From positions 2,294,001 through 2,358,000 of the forward strand of contig OX337240.1 of assembly GCA_946965045.2 (NCBI GenBank): a DNA stretch of 64,000 nt, given 5' to 3'. Position numbers and translations under genes: made by a program. Under the pieces are notes generated by a model, which saw only the letters and a program-made list of their open reading frames with translations, was not told the DNA's origin and did no database searches. This stretch comes from Epithemia pelagica (taxonomy: Eukaryota; Protista; Bacillariophyta). Shown here piece by piece: positions 21,400 through 33,831 of the stretch (its first letter is position 1; the number at the start of each line of letters is the position of its first letter).

Positions 21400-22292
21400 A
21401 TGAAGAAAAAGAAAGCGAAGAAGCAACAGCAGCAGCAGCGTGGAATGGGGGCATCGGATGGGGATTTGATATGGGTGGATCCGGCACGAGTGAGATTTCA
21501 ACACAGTCGCATCCGTCCAGTGTTTAGTGGCTGTGGAAGAAGTGTTGAGGGTACATTGGAGGAAATTCGTCAGCAAAAGCTTCATCCCAGGGATCTACCA
21601 CCCATTCAGGTACGGAATGAATGAGGCGATGACAATTTGTTCCTGCTGCACAGATCCATCAATGCTATAGATGGAAATCCACCTGGAGTTAAGGAGGGAA
21701 TTGAGTGCTGTCGTGTTGTCGTTCTTGGCTAATGACTGTTTTGTGCCGCAAGTAGGTCATTGTTGGACCAACAGATGATACAGATGGGTTGCCTTGGTAC
21801 TTTTCCTTAAACAATAGGAGATTATGGGTACTGAAAAGGTGTCGTGAGGAGGGCTTGCTGTTACCCAACAACCAAGTACAAGTGCGTGTACGACCATTCA
21901 AAAGTGCGGCCGAACAAACTCGGTACACCTTAGAAAATTGCGCAGTTGAAGCCAAATTTATAAAGGAACCATCACAGCAACAACATACCAAATCGATGCC
22001 CGCGTCGGACGGGTCGAAACAGGACAAAAATGAGGAGGAAGAGTTAGTCAAACAACAGAAAGACTTGCAATTGGAGGATCGATGCGACAAACAACCATTC
22101 AAAGCGAAAGATGTACAGTCACAATCGATGGCCATGATGCCGGCAAACAAAGATGACAGCTGTGGTGGAGAAGCGGAACTCGGTGTTCAACTCAAGAAGG
22201 ATGAAGATGGTGACGATGATTCATCGTCCACGTCTTCCTCGTTTTCGGAAACCTATGCAGGCTCCAAGAATCCGTTTAGCGTTCTTGGTTGA
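21400..22292 (+). CDS. Conserved-looking hypothetical protein; 2 exons (intron 21610-21755)
   Basis: Exon 1 RFQHSRIRPVFSGCGRSVEGTL...LPPIQ splices (GT..AG, phase 0) to VIVGP...WYFSLNNRRLWVLK. Confidence 0.7.
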
Positions 22293-22880
22293 CCTCGGTA
22301 TTACCTCCATATCATAGACTTTTCCAGTTCAGCATGGTATCGCTTCATCGGATTTCTAATTCCGATGGACAAGTTACCAGTATGACCAATGAAATCATCC
22401 CAAGACTGACCTTTTGACTGCCAGACAACTCGAAGCTCAGTACATGCCACAGTTTCAAAGTGGATTCTACGGGTATTGACTTGGACAGTCATGTCGAAGA
22501 GACCCAAATGACAGTCACGTGGGAGGAAAAATGACTGCTTTGCAGGAAAAAATAGTACACGATCCTCCACCGATCACCGATATGCTTTGTAGTACGAAGT
22601 ATAGACAGCTGTGCTGTTGAAATGGTTTATATTGGTTAAGTTTCACTGTAGGTGTATTTGTAGAAATGCAACAAAGTATAGAAACCCAGCACCATACATG
22701 GTTTGTTTGGCGAGGGGATAATAAGAGGTACATATGTTCAAGATGAAAAGTCGCATTGTGGACAAGCCCGGAATGAATAGGTCAGTAGTGTAGAGTTGTT
22801 TTTTGTTGAGTGGTTGAGGTGCATGTTTTTTCTGTATGTTGTGGTGATTCTGCTTTATGTGACCGTTTCCGGTTTGATTC

Positions 22881-25205
22881 CTAGTTGAGTTTGGGTCCAA
22901 ATTGCGCATAGTCGACATTTCCCTGTTTGTCTTGGTACTTTTCAAAGTTTTGAATGTACATTTGGGCGAGCTTTCGCTCCATGTCATCGTAGGCTTGTGG
23001 ATCGCTCCAAGTGGAACGAGGATCCAACACTTTGGAATCAACACCAGGCAGGCTACGGGGTACTTGCCACCCGAAAATGGAATCAGTCACGAATTCCGCG
23101 TCGTGAATGGATCCATCCAAAATAGCATTGACACAGGCTCGAGTAGTCTTGATGGACATGCGTTCTCCCTGTCCATAGGGACCTCCTGACCAACCCGAAT
23201 TGACCAAAAATACCTTTGTGCCATGTGTTTCCATCTTTTGTCGCAATAATTCGGCGTATCGAGTGGGATGCAAGGTCATGAAAGCTGCCCCAAAGCACGT
23301 CGAAAAGGTGGCCATTGGTTCTTTAATGCCTCGTTCCGTGCCGGCAACCTTGGCCGTGTAGCCCGACATGAAGTGGTACATGGCCTGTTCCGGTGATAAC
23401 AAGGCCACGGGTGGCAACACACCAAAGGCATCACAGGACAAAAAGATTATATTGTCTGGATGGCCGGCCATTTGTGGTTTATGGTAGTTGGGAATGTGAA
23501 AAATAGGCTGTAGTACACGGGCAACGGAAGTAAACACAACGTATGAGACATAAGGGAATCAACCAGTACGACCTGGTTACGTTTGTTTCTCGTTGAACTT
23601 ACATAGGAGACTCGTCCATTTTGTGTTTTGGAAACATCAAAGTAGTCCGGTACATGGGTATCGTCACCAAGTTTGACATTTTCCAGCAAGGCGTCAGTCG
23701 AAATGGCCCGGTAGATGTCAGGTTCAGTGGCTTCGGAGAGATTAATGGTTTTGGCATAACAACCTCCTTCAAAGTTGAAAATTCCATGATCGTCCCATCC
23801 ATGTTCATCGTCTCCAATCAAGGCTCGGTTCGGGTCGGCCGATAGAGTGGTCTTTCCAGTTCCACTCAAGCCAAAAAACAAGGCCACATCACCCTTTTCC
23901 ATACCCACATTGGCGGAACAATGCATGGGGAAATGGCCCTTCATGGGCAACCAGTAATTCATGAGGGAAAAGATGCCCTTTTTGTTTTCTCCCCCATACC
24001 AGGTACCAAAAATGACGGCCGTCTTTTCTTCGACGTTAAAGACCACTGCCGTTTCACTGTTGAGATTCAATCGTTCCCAATCGTCCACGACTTGGGAACA
24101 GCAATTGATGACGGTAAAGTCAGGATCAAAGCCTTGTAATTCTTCCGGTTCTTCGGGTCGAATAAACATGTTTCTAAAGATGCCAGAGAAGATGAGAAAT
24201 GAAAACAAAGGACAAAGCATGCCAAAACAACAAGAGAATTCGAGGTTGTAAGTTGGAGCTGCCACAGCCAAGCACAAACGCAAGCTCTAGAAACCACAAA
24301 CCAAACACTCACGTGACAAAATGTTGTTGCCAGGCCATTTCATGGACAAACCGAATCTTTTTGCGTGTTTCTGGATTGGCTCCACAATAGCCATCAAAGA
24401 CATAGGCCTTATCGAGCGTATTGAAATGAGCCACAGCCTTGTCGTACAATTCCTTGTACACTTCCGGTGTGGTGGGTTGATTAATGTCATTCCAATCAAT
24501 ATTGTCTGCCGTTTCCGATCCAGCATGATACACAATGAATCGATCCTTGGGGGACCGTCCGGTATACTTGCCGGTATCGACGGCAAAGGTATCACCGTAG
24601 GTTGTTTGGGCCAAGATGCCTTCCCGATTGTCTTGTTCGTGCTCCAAGAGTTCCGGATAACTCAAATTGTGAAACAAGGTGGTGGGTTGGGTAATGCCCA
24701 GGGTATTCAATCCAACTTGCGCACACGCCGTGGGACCCTGTACCGTTTCCGAAACATGGTACAAATCACGACCCTCCGCGGCCACATCCAAGGCTTGAGT
24801 CGATTTGGACCGGACTTGAGACTGTCTTGTGGTGGGACTTGGGGCGGTCCTTAGTTTGGACCAGGCCGGTTTCTGCTCAAGACAAAAACCAACAGCAGGG
24901 AATCAGGACAAAGGGACCACACAAACAAGAGTCATGAATCATCTCACGATATAGAAAGAGGAAACCATGGACGACAAACCCGCAATGTACAAGCGGGACA
25001 ACAAACAATCGACGAGGTTGGTGCGTACCATTGTCAAGAGAGGCGTCGTCGTCGTCGTGCCAGATTGGAACGACGAGCCAGGAGGGGTGGTGGGGCCATT
25101 GCGCGATGTGGAATAGGATGCCGTACTTGTGGTCGCCATGGCTGGTACGGCCCTCGTCGACAGGGGTCGACGCAAAATGGAACGAGCTGTATTGGAAGAA
25201 AGCAT
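22881..25205 (-). CDS. PCK1: Phosphoenolpyruvate carboxykinase (ATP), likely mitochondrial; 4 exons
   Basis: [53 protein letters not shown] and [12 protein letters not shown]. Three GT-AG introns restore the frame. The N-terminus is R/S/T-rich and presequence-like. Confidence 0.95.
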
Positions 25206-25888
25206 CTTGATGGTATTTCAATCAAGGTATGAGGTCGAAGTTCTGTTTCGTCTTCTTTTGGAACGAGTATTGGTTCTTGTGTTGGTCTGGGTAGTACTGG
25301 TCAATCTCTGTTGTAGATGTGAGAAAAAGATAAGGTCGTGAGATTCCATGAAAGGATGCAATCAAGGAAAACAGTAAAAAAAGCGATGCATCATGGCACT
25401 TGATAAAACGGATACACTTACACACTGTTCGCGTTGAGGGAAAATCCAAATACGAAGGGTGGGTTGAAAGATCAGAAAGAAAGTATGGTAGGGAGCTGGG
25501 AGCTTTTGTGAGACCGCAAGAGATTCCAATCTTTTCTCAATGTGTTTCTGTGATTGATTGTGTCTGCCTTCGTTTTGGGGGGCCACAATCGATGAAGCCT
25601 TTTGTGACGGGAACGTGTCGGTGATGTTTCTATTCTTCTGGTATCTTTTTTTCAATTTCTGTGACACCTCCTCATGTCTTGTACGCGCTGCTTCTGGTTG
25701 ATGTGTCACTGTCACGAACAGATCAGGGTCCCAAGGCGAACTCGGAAGCAGGATGTGACGAGCTTGTCACGACGCGCGACTCGCCACGCGTTTGGGGGAT
25801 GTCCGTAAACTTCTCACAGACATTCAAGCTGTCGGTGGGATGTGTCCGTCGTTCGGCGGCGACGATCGACCACATTTGACCATTGACC

Positions 25889-26632
25889 ATGAGCAAACTC
25901 TCCGACTATTCCAAATTTGATCATTTGGACAGTGATGACGATGATGAAGAGGAAAATCGAAAGCAGCTTCCAACTCCACCGGCACAACAATCTCCCGCTC
26001 GTCCAGACTTTGAATTTGTCCGTTCCACCCACAGCAGCAGCACACGGTTTGTCTTGCAACAAACGGCCACGCGTCGGTCGTTGTACGAATGGGAACAAAC
26101 CTTGAATGATGTGACCTTGTATATTGGAACACCGCCCGGTGCGATTGCCCACGCCCATGATTTGGTGGTACAAATTCAACCCAATCACTTGGCCATTGGA
26201 CGGCGCCTGGTTGTGGCACCACAACCAACACCAGCTTCCACCAACGACAACAATAACGACACAAGGACACCCGCAATGTCCGACTCGTCGTCGTCCTCCA
26301 CGACAACAATCCATTATTTCATGAACGAACCAACCTTTGGAACGGTCGAAGTCGCCCATTCGACGTGGACATGGGACAAGGAGAGTCATGTGTTGACCAT
26401 TGAATTGCTCAAGGCCAACAAGGGTGTCGTCTGGGAAGCGGTTGTCTGCGGCAGCATCACCACTGCATCATCCTTTCCCCGATTGTCCGAGTGGCACGTG
26501 CAAGAAGAAAAGCAACGACTCTTGTTGGAACGATGGCAAGAAGAAAATCCTGGCATGGATTTTCGAGGGGCCACCTTTAATGGATCCACTCCAGATCCAC
26601 GGACTTTTATGGGAGGTGTCCGATACGAATAA
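25889..26632 (+). CDS. NudC-family CS-domain co-chaperone (NUDCD2-like)
   Basis: YEWEQTLNDVTLYI, STWTWD...LTIELLKA...WEAV, and C-terminal LLERWQEENPGMDFRGATFNG...DPRTFMGG. Confidence 0.85.
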   Translation: MSKLSDYSKFDHLDSDDDDEEENRKQLPTPPAQQSPARPDFEFVRSTHSSSTRFVLQQTATRRSLYEWEQTLNDVTLYIGTPPGAIAHAHDLVVQIQPNHLAIGRRLVVAPQPTPASTNDNNNDTRTPAMSDSSSSSTTTIHYFMNEPTFGTVEVAHSTWTWDKESHVLTIELLKANKGVVWEAVVCGSITTASSFPRLSEWHVQEEKQRLLLERWQEENPGMDFRGATFNGSTPDPRTFMGGVRYE

Positions 26633-27044
26633 CCTGAAAAGGAAATGATTCGGTCCATCCATCCATTATCCGAACGTCTCAAGTCGTGTCGTAGGTGGTA
26701 CAACGGAAGTTAACCAAAAGAGAAATCGAGTGCCAAACGTAAGGATAAAAGTTTGTCTTTGACAAAACCTCATGTCCAAGAGAGAAAGGGAACGAGCTGG
26801 CAGGGAACCACATTTGTCGAACAATTTGGCAAGAGCAAGTACATGCCTCGAGAGAAATTTTTCTCCCTAGTTGCGCTTGTGATCCTTTAAGAGCTGACAC
26901 TCCGAAAGGACTAGTGTGAGAAGTGAGAAATGATTGTGGTTCCCACACGCTCTCTCCCACATATCGATAGGATTGGAACAAATGGAAACTGTAGGAATCG
27001 TAGAGAAAACCATCATTTTGTGCACTACCTAGCAGATGCTTTAT

Positions 27045-29570
27045 TTAGCAGGCATGTCCTTTTTTGTATTGAATGAATCGCGAGGCATTGTGGGCAATTT
27101 CTTGCAGCGTTTCCAGTTCGTCGTCTCTGAACGAAGACGAAGATCGCATGCGTGCCAGGTTCACGTGTTGTTTCAACCGAGGCACCGTCGTTTGAAAGAG
27201 GTTCAAGACGTGCAATTGTTCAAAGACTTGAGGATGACGGTCATCGTCTCCGTAAATGTCCATGAGAACATTGAGACATTCGGCCAAGACCGCAACGACA
27301 GGCCCATGGTTGGTATCCTTGTTGTTATTGTGATTGGTCATTTCACTTGCACAAGCCCGTTGGGTCGACTGGATCAACGATTGACAGACACGAGAATTCA
27401 ACTCCGCATCATGCTCCATTTGACACACGAGCAAGCCAATCAAGGTAATACAATCGCGCCATGCCGTCACCGGGTCTCTTTCTGTTGCTGCGGCATCTTG
27501 TGCGGCAGAGGAACACTGGTCCACCCGGTTCAACAATCGGTTCAGGTCGGAACGGAGACTGACTTGGTGGTCGGATGATGATGCCACGAGTATCTCGGCA
27601 TTCGGCGATTGCAAGAGTACAATCAAGGTACTGGCAACGACTGGTTGTTGGTCCAAGGCTGCCACCAAGTCGTTCCACAGGGAACGTATCCACGTGGTCC
27701 GTTCATCGTCCACCATACAGTCGTCTCCTCCTCCTCCATGTCCCACCACTGGCGGTTGTTGTACTACCAAATGGCCTACACAGGCCGAGACTTTGGACTG
27801 CAAGTCCTTTAAGTCACGAAGGACATTGGGCGGCCACTCCAAGGCCAATTGGGTGGTAAAATGATTCAACAAGGAGGAAAAGGGTTCCATCCTCGTCATC
27901 GTCGTCGTCGTGGGCGGTGGATCCACAAAGGCACGCCGGAGGTCGGCGTCCAAGGGACCTGGTTCCACTTGCATATCCGTCGAATCGTCGTGTGCCGAGT
28001 CGTTGTTGTCGTGGGGAACCGGTACCAGACTGGCCGTGAGGTTGGCCGTCATTTCCAAGGCCAATTCCAACAGGACATGATTCCGTCTCCATTCGTCCAG
28101 TGCCGTTTGCCATTCCTGTGCGTAATCGGTACGATTGGTTGGCAATTCACCTCGCTTCACGTTGTTGTCTTGGTCGTTGTCGTTCTCGTTTCCCTCGTCC
28201 TCCATGGCCATGGTATCCAGTGTACCTTGCGTGGAGTGCACTGCGGGTTCGTGTTGTGGTTGTTGTGGTTGTTGTGGTGGTTGTGGTGGTTGTGGTTGTT
28301 TCAACCGTCGGGCAATGGCTCGTGCAGGTTCCTGTTTGACCGATTGCTGACGCACCACGGTCCGTTCCAATTGTGAATCGTCCTGTTGATCCTTGGCGTG
28401 TTGATAGGTTTGACAGAGGGTGGTACGGGCCATAGCTGTAGTAGTAGTGGGTGGTATTCTCAAACACTGTCGGAGATAGTGCAACAGTGGGGCCACCTTG
28501 ATTTGGTGCAAGCCCCGTGGTTGAGAAGAAGCAGTCGACGACGACGGCTCCTCCTCCTCGTCGTCCAACACGGGCAATTGGGCCCGTACGGCCAAGAGAA
28601 CTCCCACCAAGTACAGGCGTGACAAGTCGGAAAGTGTCGTTGCTGTTGTCGCTGTCGTGGGTGGATTGGAGTTCCGTCCTACTCCTACCGTCCAGTGATA
28701 GACGTGACTCAAGATGCGAGTGGCCTCCTCCGGACGTTCCTGATACCAGGGTTGTACGACCTGGGGATTGTCTTCCACGAGAACATGCCACAAATGGGTC
28801 ACGTGTTCTTGCAACACGTGTCGTTGTTGTGGTGCTTGTTGTTGTTGTGCTTGTTGTGGATCGTCGTCCTCGTTCCAATACGATGACGACACGGTCCAGG
28901 AACACCACTTCCAGAGCATGTCAAAGGAATCGTGCCGAAGCGACGGTGTTCGCTCCAATCGTTCCGTGACAATGGGATTCTCTTGCACCAAACAAGTCAT
29001 GGCCGAAAGACTGGCCACCACCAGAGACAACCATTGCGTTTGTTGCGTGGCTGTCTCGCTGTTGTGGTTGTGGTTGTGGTTGTCATTTGGTTCGAGACGG
29101 GACGCCACGACGTGTTGATATCCCTCTTGCACTCGTCCCAACAAGACGAGATACCATCCCGCCGTGGCAAAGTCGGCATTGTGGTCCGTGGTGTCGTCGA
29201 ATACCACACACGCTGCTTGTTGACGACAATAGGCTTCCAAACAGGCCGCGGCCACCGATGCCACGGTCAAGTTGGAATCCATGACTTGTTCTCGGACGGC
29301 TTGAAAGACCATCAAATCTTGTTGTTGTTGAGTGGATGTGGACGAAGGACTCTTTGTCTTGCTGTTGTTGCTTCGAATAGTAGTAGGTCGATGCAAGAGG
29401 GCTGTCAAGGCGGCCAAGCGTGTTTGCGGATCGGCATGGCGAAGTTTGATCAAAATGACGGGAGCATTGGCCAACGACGACTCCTCTCCAACATTCTTTT
29501 TCTTCTTTTGGTCGTTGGAGGATTTTTGGGAGGATTTGCCTCGACGGTTGCGATTCTTGTGCTTTCCCAT
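27045..29570 (-). CDS. HEAT-repeat protein, HEATR3/Syo1-like
   Basis: Basic N-terminus MGKHKNRNRRGK, LRHADPQTRLAALTAL, and C-terminal AECLNVLMDIYGDD. Confidence 0.7.
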   Translation of the reverse strand: MGKHKNRNRRGKSSQKSSNDQKKKKNVGEESSLANAPVILIKLRHADPQTRLAALTALLHRPTTIRSNNSKTKSPSSTSTQQQQDLMVFQAVREQVMDSNLTVASVAAACLEAYCRQQAACVVFDDTTDHNADFATAGWYLVLLGRVQEGYQHVVASRLEPNDNHNHNHNSETATQQTQWLSLVVASLSAMTCLVQENPIVTERLERTPSLRHDSFDMLWKWCSWTVSSSYWNEDDDPQQAQQQQAPQQRHVLQEHVTHLWHVLVEDNPQVVQPWYQERPEEATRILSHVYHWTVGVGRNSNPPTTATTATTLSDLSRLYLVGVLLAVRAQLPVLDDEEEEPSSSTASSQPRGLHQIKVAPLLHYLRQCLRIPPTTTTAMARTTLCQTYQHAKDQQDDSQLERTVVRQQSVKQEPARAIARRLKQPQPPQPPQQPQQPQHEPAVHSTQGTLDTMAMEDEGNENDNDQDNNVKRGELPTNRTDYAQEWQTALDEWRRNHVLLELALEMTANLTASLVPVPHDNNDSAHDDSTDMQVEPGPLDADLRRAFVDPPPTTTTMTRMEPFSSLLNHFTTQLALEWPPNVLRDLKDLQSKVSACVGHLVVQQPPVVGHGGGGDDCMVDDERTTWIRSLWNDLVAALDQQPVVASTLIVLLQSPNAEILVASSSDHQVSLRSDLNRLLNRVDQCSSAAQDAAATERDPVTAWRDCITLIGLLVCQMEHDAELNSRVCQSLIQSTQRACASEMTNHNNNKDTNHGPVVAVLAECLNVLMDIYGDDDRHPQVFEQLHVLNLFQTTVPRLKQHVNLARMRSSSSFRDDELETLQEIAHNASRFIQYKKGHAC

Positions 29571-29923
29571 GGTCGTCGTCCGTGGCTCATTATTTTTTGT
29601 TTGGTGGATGGCGGTCAAAGGACGTGGCTCTGTCCGTCACACGGACGAACCAAAACGCGACCTCAAAAGCGACTAACTTTGGGTCATCTTCAGTCGCACA
29701 ACTCTTTTGTTATGGGTCATTGGATGAATCGTGCGAAATTGACCATGGTGGGTCAGCGTCTCTTTGCAGTCGCTGCACGGCAGAGGATATTCTACCACTA
29801 GAGAGAATCTGAAAGTGCCAACAGAGGAGCAATCCAAACGAGCCTAGTAGTAGTGTGTGTATACTTGTTTGGTAGAGATTGTGGGGTGTTCTTCTCGGTT
29901 CGAATCGATCCAACAGCAACAGG

Positions 29924-31240
29924 ATGCAACAACCCTTGCGCTTTCGAACCGTGGCCGCCTTTCACGGCGATGTGGAGGGTCAAGGGCAATTGACCTTTGA
30001 GGCGGGACAAGTGATTTTGGTAAAGGATGAAGCCACGGCTCAAATGGAAAATGGATGGGGGTTTGGCATGGTCATCGAAACCAACCAAACGGGATGGTTT
30101 CCCGCATCCTATGTGCAACTGATTTGTGAGGACCAGGACGACGACGAGGAGGAAGAAGAAGACGATCATGACGAAGCACAAGAACAAAACGTCAGTTCAA
30201 GCGCTGCTGATGCAGTACAACTCGTGTCCCCCGCAATGCACCAAACAGAACAACAGACTGATCCATTTGCCAATCTACAACAGCAGCAGCAACAACAACA
30301 ACAACAACCAGTACCCGTGGACCCACAAGAGCCAGTAGCTGTCGCCGTGCCTGTGGAAAGCTCCATAATGGAAGCAACAACAACGATGCCAGAGTCTCCT
30401 CCTCCGTCAACTTTGAATATTCCTACTTCGACGGTTACTGGTGCCACTGCCTCCTCCTCCAGTCTTGGTGGTGGTGGTGGCGGTAGTGCTATGCCTGCGG
30501 TCCACTCCAAGGAGGAAGAACCGGACACGGAGTTTGCCACCATGGCCATCATGGGTGGATCGGCCACCCCAACCACTGCCTCTCAGCCTTCACTCGCATC
30601 ACCAACATCTTCGTCGACACCTACTCCGTCCACCCATTCATCCTCTTCGTCGTATGCGGCCAGTTTGCGATCCACCTTTCGAAAGGCGGGAAAATCCATT
30701 TCGGCCGCGTCGGTACAAGCCAGCAATTCCTTGTCCCATGCTACGAAAAAAACCACATCCTTTTTGGCCAAGGGACTTGCCCATGCTCCTTCTCTCCAGG
30801 AACGTACCACATCCGAGACTGCAAGTAGTAGTAGTAGTCGCAATGCGGATTCGGCCGGCAATGTCACCACCACCCAACGCACCACAACGTCCAAACGATC
30901 GGGATGGTTCTCGTCACAAAAGACGACCACGACAACGACCATTACGACAACCTCGACGCGTCACACGCCACCACAACCACAAGCACCGGCACAACCACCA
31001 CGTCCTCGCAGTACGGGAGAACGAGTGACGGGCCTGATTGGAACCTCGGCCGCCATGACGGCGGCGACCCAATTCTTGCGGGGCAATGTCAAGGGTGCCA
31101 TGCGTGCCAGTGCCGTATCGGTCACGGCCTTTTGTGCCCAAGGACATGTGGCCCATCAAAATGACAAGCAACAACCACAATCAAGTCAACAACAACCGCC
31201 AAGTCAATCCTCATCATCGTCCAGTCATTCGTGGTTATAA
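29924..31240 (+). CDS. SH3-domain protein with long low-complexity tail
   Basis: VAAFHGD..QLTFEAGQVILV...GWGFG...TGWFPASYV. Confidence 0.8.
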   Translation: MQQPLRFRTVAAFHGDVEGQGQLTFEAGQVILVKDEATAQMENGWGFGMVIETNQTGWFPASYVQLICEDQDDDEEEEEDDHDEAQEQNVSSSAADAVQLVSPAMHQTEQQTDPFANLQQQQQQQQQQPVPVDPQEPVAVAVPVESSIMEATTTMPESPPPSTLNIPTSTVTGATASSSSLGGGGGGSAMPAVHSKEEEPDTEFATMAIMGGSATPTTASQPSLASPTSSSTPTPSTHSSSSSYAASLRSTFRKAGKSISAASVQASNSLSHATKKTTSFLAKGLAHAPSLQERTTSETASSSSSRNADSAGNVTTTQRTTTSKRSGWFSSQKTTTTTTITTTSTRHTPPQPQAPAQPPRPRSTGERVTGLIGTSAAMTAATQFLRGNVKGAMRASAVSVTAFCAQGHVAHQNDKQQPQSSQQQPPSQSSSSSSHSWL

Positions 31241-31418
31241 GATTCCTAGAGTAGCTCGTATGGTTTCCCCAACACCGCGCATGTTCAATACTCCCTCGGC
31301 CTCGATGATGAGCGGTTGTCTGACGTCAAGACACCCCGCGGTGCATCATTTCGTAACGTTTCCTCAGTCTGAGAGGGTAGGAGTGTAGTAATGTGTATTT
31401 GCTCTGCCGGATAGGTAG

Positions 31419-31615
31419 GATACTGTTTTGGAAGATTCAATGGCTGTTGTTGTGGATACTTACAAATGATACTGTTTTGGAAAGATTCATAGTTTCTACT
31501 TCGAAATTACTGCTTTCATATGGCTGTTGTTGTGGATACTTAAAAATGATACTGTTTTGGAAAGATTCATAGTTTCTACTTCTAACTTACTACTACTTCC
31601 TATTGTTGTGGATAC
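31419..31615. repeat. Intergenic tandem duplication, ~80-bp period
   Basis: atggctgttgttgtggatactta(c/a)aaatgatactgttttggaaagattcatagtttctacttc at 31440 and 31520, with partial flanking copies. Confidence 0.85.
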
Positions 31616-31867
31616 GTACGCATCAACATTCGTATGGTCGTCACTCTACCTTTCTTCACTCACACAGTTTCTCCGAAACGGGGAGAAAGCCACGTAAAAG
31701 TATTTCGACTCTTGTACCCTAAGAGTCGGTTGGAAACACACACTGGAATGCTTTGGTGGATGCCGTATTGGTGTGTTTGTGTGCATCAAATTCATGTATC
31801 ATGGATGTGTCCTGGATATGTCATGCATGCTTCTTGTCGTTTGGCAACAAAAAAAAGTCTTGTTTCG

Positions 31868-32557
31868 TTACACTGCAACTGTCCAATTATACGTTCGCCA
31901 TGGATCGGTGGATGGATTCCGGAATTGCAAGCTTGTCGCAGTCCCTGGCTGTGGAGCATGACTCACCGTCGTGGCTTGTCCACGCCGAACATGTGGTCGT
32001 TTCGGGTACAACGTAGTACTACTACTGGACGTTCTCGTCGTCAATTGCCGATTGGAAAAGGCCCCGGTCCAACAGACATAAAAGTAGGCATGTCCGACAC
32101 CACTCTTGTGTACCATATTGCACGAGGCGTCGGTGCCCGTCATTTCGCGCAACAATTGGGTAAATTCTTCTTGTCGCTTGACGCAACTGGCATCCGTGGA
32201 GGTATCATTTTCAAAGACCACGAGACGATCGTCTTGATAGGATTCCGTATACACATCCTTGGGGTCGCCAATGTATTGTTGGACGCACCAAATGGAATTG
32301 GAGGGATGCTGAAAGTCACACCGATGACAATATTTGGGACAGCGCATGTAATTCTTGACCGTTTCCGGTGGTGTTCCCATATACCCACCGTCCTCGTTGA
32401 TGCAATAGCGTTCTTCGTAAAAATATCGGCGCGAATTCCAGGCGTGAGCCATGGGGAGAAACGCGACACTCGTCATGGCAACAAGACAGAGTAGAAGGAA
32501 ACAAGGTCTGTTCCTTCTCGTCGTAGATTGAAACGAAATCATATTGGTGGTTCCCAT
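31868..32557 (-). CDS. Putative secreted Cys-rich protein
   Basis: Signal-like FLLLCLVAMTSVAFLPMAHA-W followed by multiple Cys; no TM segment. Confidence 0.55.
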   Translation of the reverse strand: MGTTNMISFQSTTRRNRPCFLLLCLVAMTSVAFLPMAHAWNSRRYFYEERYCINEDGGYMGTPPETVKNYMRCPKYCHRCDFQHPSNSIWCVQQYIGDPKDVYTESYQDDRLVVFENDTSTDASCVKRQEEFTQLLREMTGTDASCNMVHKSGVGHAYFYVCWTGAFSNRQLTTRTSSSSTTLYPKRPHVRRGQATTVSHAPQPGTATSLQFRNPSTDPWRTYNWTVAV

Positions 32558-33831
32558 TGTATACTTCGAGTAGTCTTCTGTAGTAGACCAAAGAGTCGCT
32601 GTGTAGCAATCAAAAAAGTACGTTTAGAAGGTCGAGTCAATCGCAAAAGAGCCAGAAAGAACCGATCTATATATGTGAGGAATGGATCGTGACTTTGCTC
32701 CCACGATTTGGTTCCATACAATTGTCCTTTGACTTGCCTCAAGGATTTTTCCACGAGTACTTAGTTCGTTAGGTTGTCACTCGTACGGCAAAGAATGTCA
32801 ACCACGGATGTGGGGGAATCTCGCAAGGTTGTTTGAGGTAGAGCCAAATCTGTCGACTCGATTGCTGCTATCGCCAGAGCTCCCAATCGACAAACAGGGG
32901 TCGGAGGGGCCTGTTCAAAAAGCGAGGATGTATCGTTCTTGTTGATGGGATGTATCGTGATGGATCGATTCGTACTCAGGGTTGATGTGTGGTTGTCGTC
33001 CCTTGCATTAGTTTTGTTCGCCTCCACAACAGAATATTCGCTCTCTTGATTGATGGATGAGATCCCATCTCAAGTAGAAGAGACACACCAAAGACATTCG
33101 AGAGGCACCAAAAGGCACCAGGTGGCGAAATTCCGAACTCATGCGACTGAAGACTGAACGTTCCATCCAAGAAGGTTGCGACGCCAGCGCGATAGAACAG
33201 CTCGCGCTCGCGTATGCCGAGTAACGAATTCGTCATTCCCAACAATCGTCTTATCTCGAAAATTATCCGTATGGGGTCTAGCTATGGACACTGGTACTGG
33301 TACCTACTCCTAGTCTTTGACGATTTCACTTTTACCATTCGGTTAAAGCAAATGAAGTGACTGTTACTGTGGAAACACTGTCTTACACTATGGTCTTTAT
33401 ATTGTTTGACAAGGTATGCAAGGAACAGGCACTATTGAAAGCTCCAGTGAGGGTTGGTCTTATCTTTCAGATTTATCGCATCGCATTGAAAAATCCTAAG
33501 ATAAGACCAACCCTGACTTGTCGATAGCGCTTGTATGTCAATGCTAAAGGAAGAGAAACGTAAAATGTTTCTGTTTTGGAATGTTTGCCTTGTGTGGGTC
33601 AATGAATCACGACCCGAAACAAATCGCGCTTTGGCAGTCCGAAACTGCTTCCGAATTCATTTGGCACGAATGTGCCCTGTGTGGGGCGGGGGTATCTTTC
33701 GTGCAACCCATTCATGAGAAAGTGCTTGCAAGAACCAGTACTTGCTTCTTTCACTGAAAGAGAGTTCTTTCGATAGCACGAGCAGGGTATGCGGTGGGCC
33801 TTGAACCACATAGTAGCATTCTTGCTTCCGG

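Noticed and set aside
31419-31615. Possible CRISPR-like repeat-spacer array
   Set aside because: The intervening sequences are themselves duplicated, there are only 2-3 units, no cas genes, and the context is eukaryotic
32539-33245. Three short minus-strand ORFs that might be one decayed gene
   Set aside because: Could not be joined by credible splice sites or assigned to any family
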